Shown here piece by piece: positions 51,655 to 64,000 of a stretch of DNA of 64,000 nt (position 1 is its first letter; every line of letters starts with the position of its first letter). The stretch lies in assembly GCF_009914755.1 (NCBI RefSeq), contig NC_060937.1; one strand, given 5' to 3'. Source of the DNA: the human T2T-CHM13v2.0 reference genome, Homo sapiens. Below the pieces are notes generated by a model. It was not told where the DNA came from and did not search any database. It was given only the letters and a program-made list of their open reading frames with translations. Position numbers and translations under genes: made by a program.

Positions 51655-51900
51655 TCACTGTTCAGGAGGCTGTGGGTTAGAGATTCAAACAGAGCTAAGT
51701 ACTTATTGGGGCTTAATAATTGCCTAGCTCTATGACCTTGGGCCAATTTAATAATTTACCAGATCTCCAATTTTTTCACCTGCAAAATGGAGCTAATCTT
51801 GCCTTTCTTAAAGAATTGTTAAAAGGTTTAAATAAGAAAAAATTTAAAGGCAACTACTATGTTGCCTAGTAAAAGAAAGTTATTATTAAATATGAGTTTC
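51655..51900 (+). mobile_element. MIR
   Basis: CTAGCTCTATGACCTTGGGC...CACCTGCAAAATGG core. Confidence 0.6.
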
Positions 51901-52379
51901 CCTTCCCTTTAGGGGGCTTTTGAGATTTCAGATTTGCACAGTCAGTTCATTTGTCACCATTGATGAGACACTTAAACTGAACTGAAAATTGTGAAGTCTA
52001 CATACCCTTGAATGAATGAAGGTGACAGTCAGATTTTTGCTCTTCAATATACCAATACTGTGTTTCTACTTCAGTGAGAAAATAGTTTCTTAACCTCAAG
52101 TTTAATCATTTGATTCATATCTTAATAGTAGTTATTTTAACAGTACTTTTATTTGTTTTACGTTCATTTCATGTCCCACAAAAGTACAATGAGATTGATT
52201 AAAATTGAAGTAATTTTAAAGCTAACTTGAATGTTGTAGTCAGGGGCAACTATCCTGAATCTTGTAGCAGTTCCCTCACTGACTGCTTCTGACAGATATT
52301 TTCATGGTTCTCACACAGGAAACAGTAATAACAGTGTTTATTCCAACAATCCTGCTCAAGAGTTAATGTGGTATGAATA

Positions 52380-52541
52380 TAGTAAGTCCTCATGCAACAT
52401 CATCAATATATTCTTAGAAACTGCAAACTTCAAGTAAAACAACATTTAATGAAACCAGTTTTACTCTAGGCAATTTTTTCCTCTCATTAACTTTATAACA
52501 AAATGACATTGAATAAAACAATATTATTTGAGGAACTGCTG
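52380..52541 (+). mobile_element. MER82-like Tigger (TcMar) non-autonomous element, internally deleted
   Basis: TIR-like ends TAGTAAGTCCTCA ... TGAGGAACTGCTG. Confidence 0.65.
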
Positions 52542-52758
52542 CACTTGTTTTTGCAAGAATTTGCCTTTAAAAAAATGCTTATCCATGTTCTGATACTGTT
52601 ACATTTAGTCTTTACATGTCTAGAACTTTCCAATCATGTATTTCTCTTCTTTTCTTGTGTATCCTTGTATTTAAAATGATAATTTTAAATCTACCTTTTA
52701 TTCTCGGTGAACTTCAGGATATAATGCTAACTGTTGTAATAAGTTTCTTTTCTTTCAG

Positions 52759-52821
52759 AGAAACTGTTAGTTATCTTTCCTCAGTATCACAGGCTTATAT
52801 CCTGACAAGACCAACCAACAG
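52759..52821 (+). other. Candidate 63-nt exon
   Basis: CTAAC branch point ~28 nt upstream, TTTCTTTTCTTTCAG acceptor, CAG|GTATTG donor. Confidence 0.25.
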
Positions 52822-53134
52822 GTATTGAGTGTTAGTTGTTTTAACAAAATGTTTGAATGATATAACTGAAGTTGCATATCATTAAACAAATATCAACAAC
52901 AAAAAAGCAGAAAACAAGAAAAGTTTCTAGGCATGAAGTATAACGTATGGGGAATCTTTTAAAATATAATTTAATATTTTAATAGAAGTGCATATCACAT
53001 TTTTGTGGTTAATCGTTCCATGTTACTCAATCTTCCCATTCAGCGGAATGTGAGCCACTTGAGGTTGCAGGTTTGTTTTAATGAATGTGGGTGTGAGACA
53101 CAGTTAAGCATGGGATTAAAACAGAAACACTAGT

Positions 53135-53605
53135 CCATTGCAGCGTTATTCACAATAGCCAAAAAGTAGAAGCAACCCCAATGTCCGCTGATTAATAAAT
53201 AAATGGATAAATAAAATGCGGTATATACATGTAACAGAATATTATTCAGCCTTAAATGGGAAGGAAATTCTGACACATGCTACAACATGGATGAAACTTG
53301 AGGACATTTTGCTAAGTAAAATAAGCCAGTTGTAAAAAGACAATTACTGTATAATTCTACGTAAATGAGGAACCTAGCGTAGCCACACTCATAGAAGCAG
53401 AAGATAGAACGGTGGTTACTAGGGGGTTGGGGAGTGGGGAAATGGGGAGTTGTTTAATGGGTACAGCGTTTAGTTTTGCAAGATAAGAGTTCTGGAGATT
53501 GATTGTACAACAATGGAATGTACTTAACACTACTAAACTGTATACTTAAAAATGGTTAAGATGGTAAATTTTATGTTATGCATATTTTACCACAATTTAA
53601 AAAAT
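53135..53605 (+). mobile_element. L1MB-type 3' end
   Basis: TTATTCACAATAGCCAAAA...AAAATGGTTAAGATGGTAAATTTTATG. Confidence 0.85.
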
Positions 53606-53642
53606 GACTCTAGCTTAAAACCCAAAAAGGCTAACAATAATT

Positions 53643-53935
53643 GGGCTAGGTGCTGTGGCTCATGCCTGTAATCCCAGTGCTTTGGGAGGCTGAGGTGGGA
53701 GGATAGCTTGAAGCCAGGAGTTTGGGACAGCCTAGGTGACATAGTGAGACTCCATCTCTATTAAAAAATATATATATAGCTGGGTGTGTTGGTGTGTGCC
53801 TGTAGTCTTAGCTATCAAGGAAGCTGAGGCAGGAGAACTGCATGAGCCTAGGCGTTCAAGGTTGCAGTGAGCTATGATCTTGCCTCTGCACTCCAGCAGC
53901 CTGGGCAACACAGCAAGACCCTGTCTCTTAAAGAG
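53643..53935 (+). mobile_element. AluJ
   Basis: GGAGGATAGCTTGAAGCCAGG; GAGCTATGATC. Confidence 0.88.
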
Positions 53936-53940
53936 AAAAA

Positions 53941-54296
<356 letters not shown>

Positions 54297-56379
54297 TTAT
54301 TCCTCCACTTTATGACCTTATATATGCCACTGTACAACTTATAAACTGTAATAACCTTAGTATTGGGATATCAGGAATGTGACTTTTCCAATTAGAAATG
54401 TCTGTCCATGTGATTCTCATTGCCAGGAACACGATTATGTAAACAGGATTGTGGGAAGGTTAAAAAAGGCTGCTAGAACTTACTAGTTTGCTGAAACATA
54501 GAACGCTTCTATCAGTTTTCTGTGATCTTGGCCATGGTAGAGGACACACCTCATTAACTTTTTGCCATCTTTTCTTCAGTGTATTTTCCTCATCGGTTTT
54601 GGTTTCTGTCAGTCAGTGTCACATGGCACTTCCGGCTTCATCCCTACTTGACAAGGTTAAGCCAGTTGATGCTCTGCAGTTCTGTTGAGCTTTATTTTCC
54701 TTAGATTTCTCCTGATAACCATAAAGTGAACTCTAGAGTATGTGTTAGGGACTGAAAAGAAGCCAAAATATTTTTATTAGAGTTTGTATTTCCACATTCA
54801 CTAATTTTCTGAGCAGCAACAATGTGTCAGTGTCCTCTTTGAAAAAATATAATTAGGATGAAAACATTAAAAAAAATTTTTGCTCCATGTTAAACAAAAT
54901 TCAGGAATAATCTTTACTGATGACATCTGCTTTTTATGCAGTCTTCAAAGTGAACCTATTTAGAGTTTCTCTTGCCCTCTCACTTTTTAGAATATAACTT
55001 GGCATTTATTCTGTAGCTCTCTGCTTTGACATATTCTGAGCTAATATGGAAATTGCTATGATCAGTTTGATCTTTAAGCTTTGGTAGATATTTTAGGACT
55101 ATTTGCATTTTGTATTAAGCGTTAAAATAAAGATAGATAATGCTTTCTTTAACTCTTATTTTGTGGTAGACAGACATAAACATGACCAACAGATATTTTG
55201 ATGAAGTTCAGATTATAGCAGAGAAATAAATGTAGTCCTCTGTACTAATCATGACTCTTTTCCTATTACACAGAGGGTGAGTGTGATCGACACACTTGAT
55301 GTTGGTGTGATGTTCTTTCAGCACACTGTTAATCATCTCCTTTGTCCACTTTAGCTGATGCATTATTTTCTCAGTATTTGGACATAGGTATACTGAAAGA
55401 TCAGTGATCTTTATTTTGTTATTTTGATAACTGGAGCGGATTATGAATAATTTCCATAAACCAAAGTCCAGTGCTTTTTAATGGTTTGTAGGACCATAAG
55501 AAAAAACTTATTCTGAAAAGTTTATTGTGAAGTAAAGCAACTTTCCAGAGTTCATATTTGGGAACAGTTAATCAGGATAAAGTATCACTTGTGTATCATA
55601 AACAGTTCTAGCCATGAAACAAGATGGCAACTTCTGCCAAACTCTAGGGATGGAGCAAGGTGATATATTATTGGCGTTGAGGGTATGGAGGGAAGAGAGT
55701 GAAAACTGGGATGGAATTGTGTGAGGCACAGTTGTTTCCCATAAATTCATGGATAAAGGAACAAGTTTAGGTCCAATCCCAGGGAGAAGTCAATATGGAA
55801 GTTCTCATCTGCCAGGGAGAGGTGATGGTGCACCTTAGACATTTTTTTTTCAGTGACGGCAATATTCTGCATCAAAAATAATAAGGTTATGAATTTGGGT
55901 TTTGTATCAATGAAAGGGCTACTGAAACATGAGCCCATAGGAATGCAGATTGAACTCTGGAGGAACTAGCTAAAACTAAGAGCTTGGGTCCTATCTTCAA
56001 AGTGAACTTTAAGTGAAAACTAGCAGCTGGCTACCTGAAGAAAAGAATCCATTTGCAAGTGTACCAGGATGCCCAAATCTCAGTGACCCAGGAGAGAGGT
56101 TGCAGGTAGAAAAGAGCATAATAGGTAGCTGGAATGTGATGAGGGCAAGTGTGAACTATCATGAAGTAATGTGAGGTGAACTTGATGGACGCTATGGGCT
56201 TGATCTTTTTTCTGTCCTTTCTCCTTTAAAGCCAGTTTGAGTCCTACCAGCAGGTTTAACCTTTCCTGAAGTATAAGTCCATTTCTGATTTTCAGTAGGC
56301 GATCCCTCTAGGTTGGCGTTTCTCGACTCAGCAGTACGTCATTCCTGCTGATTAGGTAGAAGTGACGTTTTAGTTTTGA

Positions 56380-56585
56380 TAACTGGCTTCACTATCTCAA
56401 TCTAGATTCATATCCAGCTCTACCATTTAGCAAGTAATCCAGAACAAGTTACTTAAACTTTCTGAGTCTCAATTTCTTTCTATGTAAGTTGCTCAAAAAT
56501 AATACTTCCCTCTTAGGGTTTTTGAGAGGTGTAGGTGCGATCATGTATTTCAAGTACCGGACACACAGTGGGTACTCAGTGCTGG
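56380..56585 (+). mobile_element. MIR
   Basis: CAAGTTACTTAAACTTTCTGAGTCTCAATTTC core. Confidence 0.65.
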
Positions 56586-57029
56586 TTCTTCTCTTTTTTT
56601 GACAGCCTCATTGTCCATTTCAGAGTGACAATAATCATGGAGAGCGAACAGGACAGGGCTAGAATTCCTATTCTGTAGATACAGAAACTAAGCCTTGGAT
56701 GGTTGTGAGTTACATCAAGTGGCTACTGGGCAGAGGAGGAGGCAGCATGAAAAACCAATGCTTCTGACTTCTGTTCAATGCCTTTTGCATTCAGAGGTGC
56801 TGCTTTTACCCCTGACCAAAAAGAAAGTAAAAAGAATCAAGATACAATTTGCAAGAAAGCATCTACCATCACTTGTTATGTATTCCTTTTAAAATGTTGG
56901 TCAAAATGGCTAAGTAGCTTGTGGTTCTTTCTTCTTTGCTCAATTCCTGCCACTGATCTTTTCATGTTCATTTTTCCATGGTGAACGCACATGCTACTTG
57001 GGAAGGAATAACAACCATTTGGCAATAAC

Positions 57030-57230
57030 CAAGCTGTATTTAGTTTTCACTATGTAGCAGTCCCTGAAAGTATTTTAAATGTTTACTTATTTATGTCCTT
57101 CATCCACATTTTAGGATGATAACATGGAAATAAAGAGAGCTTACATGAGCCCATGTTTGTAGAGCTAGTAAGTGACAGATTGCGAGTTTGACCCAAGTCT
57201 GCCTGGCATCGGAGCCCCAAACTGCTTATT
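57030..57230 (-). mobile_element. MIR
   Basis: AGCTAGTAAGTGACAGA...TTTGACCCAAGTCTGCCTG. Confidence 0.55.
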
Positions 57231-57789
57231 TTCTTAATTACCTCTTTATGCAAGTGCTTAGTACACTTTTAATTTATTGCCATCTGTCTTAGCATTTTAT
57301 ATTGGTAAGCTAAATACCTGTTTATACTAGCTTGAACTGAAGGGGGCAGAGCCTGCCCAAAATGAAAAGAAGACTAGATTTCCAACTTGATGCCAACTGG
57401 AACAAGTTGGAAAACTACTCTGCTGTGGCCTCGGGCTATTTTTTATGAAAAAGGAAGGATGACTCAGAGGGTAGAACCAAGAGCATAGCATACAGTCAGG
57501 AGGCAACAAGAATTATTCACAGGGAGGAGGACTTGACTGGCCTATAATCAAGAAAGTGGTCCTGGCTTGTTCAGTAAGATAGAGACAGAGAGAAAGAAAG
57601 GAGGGAAAGAAGAGGATAGGAAAGGAAGCTAGAAAAATATCATTTATTTTAGATTATATGATTATTCACATATAAAGTCCCAAATAATTTATCAATAAAT
57701 TATTAAATTTCATAGGTTAAGATTAAATTCTCAAGGCCTCCAGGTAGATGGCCAAATAATTTTTAAAGGTGAAAGACTGGCATTAGACT

Positions 57790-58085
57790 TTTTTTTTTTT
57801 TTTGAGTCAGAGTTTCACTCTTGTCACCCAGGATGGAGTGCAATGGCATGATCTCGGCTCTCTGCAACCACCCTGTCCCAGGTTCAAGCATCCTCCTGCC
57901 TCAGCCTCCCTAGTGGCTGGGATTACAGGTGCCTGCCATCATGCCCAGCTAATCTTTGTATTTTTAGTAGAGATGGGGTTTCACTGTTTTGGCCAGGCTG
58001 GTCTCAAACTCCTGACCTCAGGTGATCTGCCTGCCTGGGCCTCCCAAAGTGCTGGAATTACAAGCATTAGCCACCGTGCCCTGCT
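57790..58085 (-). mobile_element. AluSq/Sp-like
   Basis: GAGTTTCACTCTTGT; TSD GCATTAGACTTTT at 57780-57792 and 58086-58098. Confidence 0.92.
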
Positions 58086-58099
58086 GCATTAGACTTTTG

Positions 58100-61000
58100 A
58101 AAGCTCACAGACAAAGTAAGAAAAGAAAGCACACTGAAAAAAAATCTGTGAAAAAAAGTGAAAGCCAAGGATTTTTCATCCAACTAAGGTATCTGTCAAA
58201 TATGAAGCCTATAGAAAAACAATTCTCAACATACAAGGAATTAGGAAATTCTGTACTCATCATCTCTTCTTGAGGAATCTACTAGAGGATTAAATCCCAC
58301 CAAGTGCTGATTGGAAAAAGTTCAGCAAAAGGACTGATGGCGAACACTTGAAAATATATAAATGTGCATCTAAGACTAAATGTAAGTAGGAATGAGGATG
58401 GAAAATGAATTTACAAATGCCATATACTGTAACAAAATAGAAATAATGCACCAAAAAATTGGGAGATGAAGGGAAAAAGAAAATGGAAAAAGCTCATTGT
58501 TGTATAGGCAACAGGTGGACATAAAGGATACTGGGGTGGCATCTCAAATCACTGGGAGAAAGGCAGGTTTTTAACAAATATGCTAGAACAACTAGATCGC
58601 CACTTGGAAAACAATAAATTTAAATGTATACCTTGCACCATACATAAGAATAAACTGCAAATTATAGATTAGGATCTAAAGTGTAAAAAATACTAAACCA
58701 TTCAAGTACTGGAATAAACTATGAGTGAACTCTTATTAACCTTGAGCTCTCATTAAACTTGATATAGGGAAAATCTTTATAACTATGACTCAAAATCCAG
58801 AGACAAAAAAGATTGAAAATCTGACTATATAAAAATAAAAAAATTTGAATAGAAAAGCAGCCCCATATCAAAAGCACCACCAAAAGGCAACTGACGAACT
58901 GGAAGAAAATTCACCACACATCGCAGAGACAAAGAACTCTTAAAAGTTGAGGGACACAGGATCAAAAACCTGATAGAAAAATTAGAAAAAGAATGAACAA
59001 ACAATTTACATTAAAAATGATACAAAAGTGGTCCTTAAACATCTAAAGCCATTCAAATTAAATCATAGAGAAATACAAACTAAAATAGCACAGAGATAAC
59101 AGTTCTCATTTTTAGAGTGGTAAAAATTAAAAAGCAATAATATTTTGTGAGGTTGTGCAGAAATGGGCATTCTCATACATTGCTAGTGGGAATGAAAAAT
59201 GGTACATCACTTCTAAAGGGATCTATGGCAAGACCTAGCAAAACTACCTATTCTCTTACTTTTTGGCTCAGAGATTTCATTTCTAAGCATCTGTCCTGAC
59301 TATAAACCTCCAACAATATGAACATTCATATGCACAAGACTATTCATTGAGATATTGTCATTGCAAACTATTGGGAATATAAACGTCTATACATAGTGGA
59401 ATAGTATCATAAATTATGGTATATTCACCCAACAGAAAACCATATAGCTGTAAAATTGAAGGATGGTGATTTCTGGGAAGTGACTAGTGATTTTCAGGAT
59501 ATACCATTAAGTGTGAAAGCAAACTACTAAAGAGTATTAAAGTGTGACAACAATCATATGAGAAAGAAGGAGGTATAAGAAAGTATGTATCTGCTAGTTC
59601 ATGCAAAATATAAGATAAATCTGTAAACAAGGAGATTGGTTACTTACAGAGGTAAATGGAAAGAGGGTAGAGAGAAGGGAGGAATGGGAGTAGAACAATG
59701 TGGATTAGGAAGAGGTGTACTCTTCAATGAATCCAACTTTTCTATAGCTCTGACTCTAATAACCATAGTAATGTCTCATATAACCATAGTAATGTTTCAT
59801 GTACTAAAAAATTAAGTTAACCAGGATATACAGATATAAAAATGGAATATAAATAGCAAAAAAAAAAAATGAACCTAACTGCATTACAAATAAATAACAT
59901 TTTACTGAAGGGGATGAGGAAGATAAGGCCTGATCTGAGTAACTCTGGAAAAAGTGTATTTTAACTGGGTATCACAAGGCTGAAGACCAAAAAACAAAAG
60001 CAAAACCAAAAACAATCCTGTATACAAACACCATACTCTAGTTGGTAAATCTATAAGAGTATGGATTAGTAATTCAGTAACTATTTTATGTGTATAATAG
60101 GATTGAAGGAATAAATGAATGTGTGATAGATAATGAGAGTCAGGTTTCCCATGGTCAGAAATAGAAATATAAAAATAAGGAAAAGGGGAAGGCTGCAATG
60201 AATATTGTGCTGATTGACAGTATCATTATGAACTCAAATTATTTAACATAAATGCATACAGATATAGAAATAGAGATATATGTATGAGTCAGTACACATG
60301 CATATGTTTCTTATCTATACATGTTCAGAAAGCATAGGGGCAATGGCACCACAGAAAAGTAAGCCTAGCATTCAAATATTTGTTTCCAAATACTATTATT
60401 CTCCAGTAAGAGGAACTAGGGATTCTCTAGTTGAATGCATGACTGGGCCAGGGAATATGCAAGATGAGCCTGTACCATTTTGTGGTAGCAGAAAAAAAAT
60501 GAAGTGATTAAGAAAAAAAGGTAAAAAAGGATGGGCCATGCCAAAAGGACACAGAATCAAACTGAAGTTCCCTATGGCCCAAACTAGACAAATCTGAAGA
60601 ACAGAATACTCATAATAGTATTGGATTTTAGTCCATAGATTAAAATAGATATTCATAAGTCTATATTGACATAAATAAATGGGAATAAGGGATGGTCTTG
60701 GCTTATGGAAGAATTGAAACTGATAAATTAGAAAAATGATAGTGATAAAGACCCATTAGACAAAGAGTTCAGTAATTGTAGCAAGCAAGATCTACCAGTA
60801 GATGCTAACATCCGTGGGTAAAAGTTTGAAGAGGAGTAGGACATTAGCATAGTCTCAAAGTATCTCTGCCAAGATATTTATCAATTACAAAGGGGAAAAT
60901 AGTAACATTACAGTGGAGATACTTGGAAGGTACCACCTTAAGGAAGTAATCATGGTTAAGATGTTGAGATTATGAACCCCTTGAGATGAAGAAGTGAGAA

Positions 61001-62890
61001 ATACCATCACATCTCATTTTTGACAAAAATGCATAATCTTATTTTAATCACCAGAAACATGAGAAAGTTCAAAACTGAGATACACTCTACAAAATAACTG
61101 ACCAGTACTCATCAAAAGTATTAAGGCCAGAGAAGACTGAGGAACCCTCACAGAATAGAAGCAATGAGGAACCCTCAACAGTTAAATGAAATGTAGGATT
61201 TTGGATTGGATCCTCAAACATAAAATGGACCTGAGTGGGAAAACTAGTGAAATGTTAATTTTTTTCAGTTAATAGTATTGTATCAATATTAATTCCTTGG
61301 TTTCGATAACTGTACTCTGATAATGTAAATTGTTGACATTTAAGGGAATCAGGGTGAATTAATTCCAGTGGATTAAACCTTTAATGTGAAAGGCAAAACT
61401 GTAAAAATTTTAGAAGACAGTACAGAAGCATAACTTTATAGCCTTTGGTCAAGAAAGACTTTATTAAAGAAGAAGCCAAAAAATAAAAAATTCAAACTAT
61501 AAGTGCAATAGTTGATGAATTAACAATTAAAATTAACAGCTTTTGAACCTACAAGCAGAATAAAAAGATGATCCAAACCCAGGAGAAAATATTACAAGCA
61601 TATGTAACTAATAAATAATTGTGACTATAAATATATAAATAGTTCCTACTAATCAAGAATTGAAACATAAATTTACTCGGTAGTAAAATAGGTAAAAGAC
61701 ATAAATGGATTTTCATAGAAAACAATATATGACTGGCTTAAGCATATTAAAAATGTTTAATTTCATTAGTAATTCCTAAAATGAAATATACAACTCTAAT
61801 GAAATGCCATTTAACTCTCATCAGATTGGCAAATATGAAAAGTTAGATACTGTTAGGCCTGGCGCAGTGGCTCACGCCTGTAATCCCAGCACTTTGGGAG
61901 GCTGAGGCGGGAGGATCACAAGGTCAGGAGTTCAAGACCAGCCTGGCTAACATGGTGAAACCCCGTCTCTACTGAAAATACAAACACTAGCTGGTCATGG
62001 TGGCACATGCCTGTAATCCCAGCTACTCGGGAGGCTGAGGCAGGAGAATGTCTTGAACCCGGATCCAGGAGGCAGAGGGGTTGCAGTGAGCCAAGATCAC
62101 ACCACTGCACTCTAGCTTGGCCAACAGAGCGAGACTGTCTCAAAAAAAAAAAAAAGTTACTGCTAAATGTTGGAAAGAATATAGATGAATGAGAATCTCA
62201 TCCACTGCTGGTAGGAGTGTTACCTGGTAGAGTCTCTTTGCAAAACAGTTTAGTCTTACCAGTAAGGGTAGAATTTGTGCATAGGATATGACCAGCTCTT
62301 CCCCTCCTTGATACAACTCCTGGAAAATTTCCTGCACAAGCGCATTTAAGACATGTACAAAAATGTTCACAGCAGCATGATTCTGAGTAGTCAAGAACCA
62401 GGAAAATTCAAGTGTTCACCAACTATAAAATGTACAAATAAATATTGATGTATTTATACTATATGTTCATAGCATGGTATGTAGTATAGCATAGAGTATA
62501 TGTTATGTATATAGTATACATAAATAAATGAAAGCTGCAAGTGTCAACATGGATGAATCTTAAAATCTGTTGAGTGAAAGAAGCAAGCCATGTAAACACA
62601 CATTCTATGATTTTATTTATGTAGGGCTCAACAAAAACAGTAATTGTTCAATGATACACATACATTAAAGATATACATATAAAGCAAAATTATGAAAAGA
62701 AGTAATTAATGAATTTATCACAGTGATCATCCCTAGAGGGAAATAAGTGGTTATCAGGGAGAGGTACTCATGGGTTCTTTAATCTACTGATAACATTTCT
62801 TTCTCTCTATATATTCTATATAAAAAGTAAATAAAATAATATGTTTTATATACTATTTGGCATGTATTATATAGCATATAATTAAAAATA
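58100..62890 (+). mobile_element. Tract of old L1M (L1MC/L1ME-type) ORF2-end and 3'UTR fragments
   Basis: A-rich; TCTCATACATTGCTAGTGGGAATG, CTCTACAAAATAACTGACCAGTACTC, TCAACATGGATGAATCT motifs. Confidence 0.7.
61856..62156 (+). mobile_element. AluS (Sg/Sx-like)
   Basis: Full dimer with A-tail; small insertion at GAACCCGGATCCAGGAGG. Confidence 0.92.
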
Positions 62891-64000
62891 AACAGTTTTA
62901 GACGAAACAAAAATATTGCCTGAAACGTAACTACTAATTTATCAAAAGCCTTTGCTCTTAGGATTTTCTTTGTAGCTTAGAGATAAATCCATAGAATATA
63001 GTGTCTTGCTGGTTTGTTACTTAAAATGAACCAGTATTTTAAAAGACATTTCACTGTTTAAGAATGGGGTCATGAGTTTCAAGGCTGCTTCTCTGATCAA
63101 GAAAAAAAAGTGAAGATAATAATTTGGCTTTGGTTCCATCCCACACTTAAGTTACTAAAGAACATTAGTCCGCACTCGGCCATCTGCCATGCAATGTGCA
63201 GCCAGGGCAGGGAAAGTAACTCGTGTGAATTCAGAAACTTATCTCTCTGACATTCTGGCCCAGAAAAGAGAACCAGAAATAGAGTACTACCCGTTGAGCC
63301 AACATTTTCCCACAGTCTGTCTCAAATTTCATAGCCCTTGTTAAGTAAGTTGATAATATCAGTCCTATTCCCAGTGAGCAAATGTTAATGTCATTTAAAT
63401 AGAATCTGAGGAAAGGATTTGATGAACCAAAAAGCTAACTGAAAGTATTGAGAGATCAAGAGTGGAGAATATATGAAGAAACACAAATTATTTGCTCTAC
63501 CATTTTGCAAATTGTCTAACCCTGTACTTAAGGGAGAGAAGGCAAAGAGGGTCTGACATCATTTTTTTTCCATTAAGCAGGTGCAAATCTCTCTGGTATG
63601 TCCATTTTATTTTCTTATTTCTCTGTTCTCTTTCCGGTTTTTTTGTTTTATTCTTCCCAGTTTTTTAAAAAACTCTTAATATTGTTAGCTCCAGATCCAT
63701 TCAGTAGGGACAAGTTAAGGTTAAAGATTAAGTAGGGTATTTGTTTTTTTCCTTTTGCTTCAAATACTGATTACTACAGGCTGGGTGTGAGAACAGATAG
63801 CTCAATTTTCATTGCTGCTTGCATCAGGACCTAGAAACAGAGTAAGCAAATACATGGTCTAAATTGTGCCTCTTTGGTGGAAAGCCTTTATGTTAAATAT
63901 GTCTTGTTAAGTCTTAAGTAAATGTTAAGTAAATAAATCGCAGAACTTGAGGAAACAACAAAATGGGAAGTTAGTATGGTCCATTTTCACATCTTAAGTC

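Noticed and set aside
55255-55285. Possible microexon CAG-AGG-GTGAGT
   Set aside because: A 3-nt exon cannot be supported from motifs alone.
59760-59802. Short tandem duplications (also ~10395, ~19755, ~23177, ~41841)
   Set aside because: Ordinary slippage duplications, common in old repeats.

Overview
This is human, repeat-rich, non-coding genomic DNA; the human call rests on a consensus-like AluYb8 at 50588-50897. I can support no intact protein-coding gene. The longest ORFs are decayed L1 ORF1/ORF2 remnants, and the rest are Alu, LTR or microsatellite artefacts or unassigned short ORFs. The window holds a near full-length older L1PA, several truncated L1s, about 11 Alus, a solo LTR12C, MaLR LTRs (THE1, MST, MLT1), MER39/MER93/LTR47-like solo LTRs, MER5/MER82 DNA transposons and MIR/L2/CR1 relics. 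The most striking structure is a nested stack at 31.4-40.3 kb (L2 > MLT1 > THE1 provirus > L1PB1). Its L1PB1 carries, inside its 14-bp TSD, a 5' MST-LTR-derived segment that ends exactly at the MaLR splice donor, which looks like an LTR-promoted, spliced 5' transduction. Other notable signals are a perfect 20-bp GC-rich hairpin, templated insertions, a 24-nt mini-Alu with TSDs, and weak candidate + strand exons and enhancers. Subfamily names come from remembered consensus features, not from an alignment. Boundaries without a TSD are approximate.
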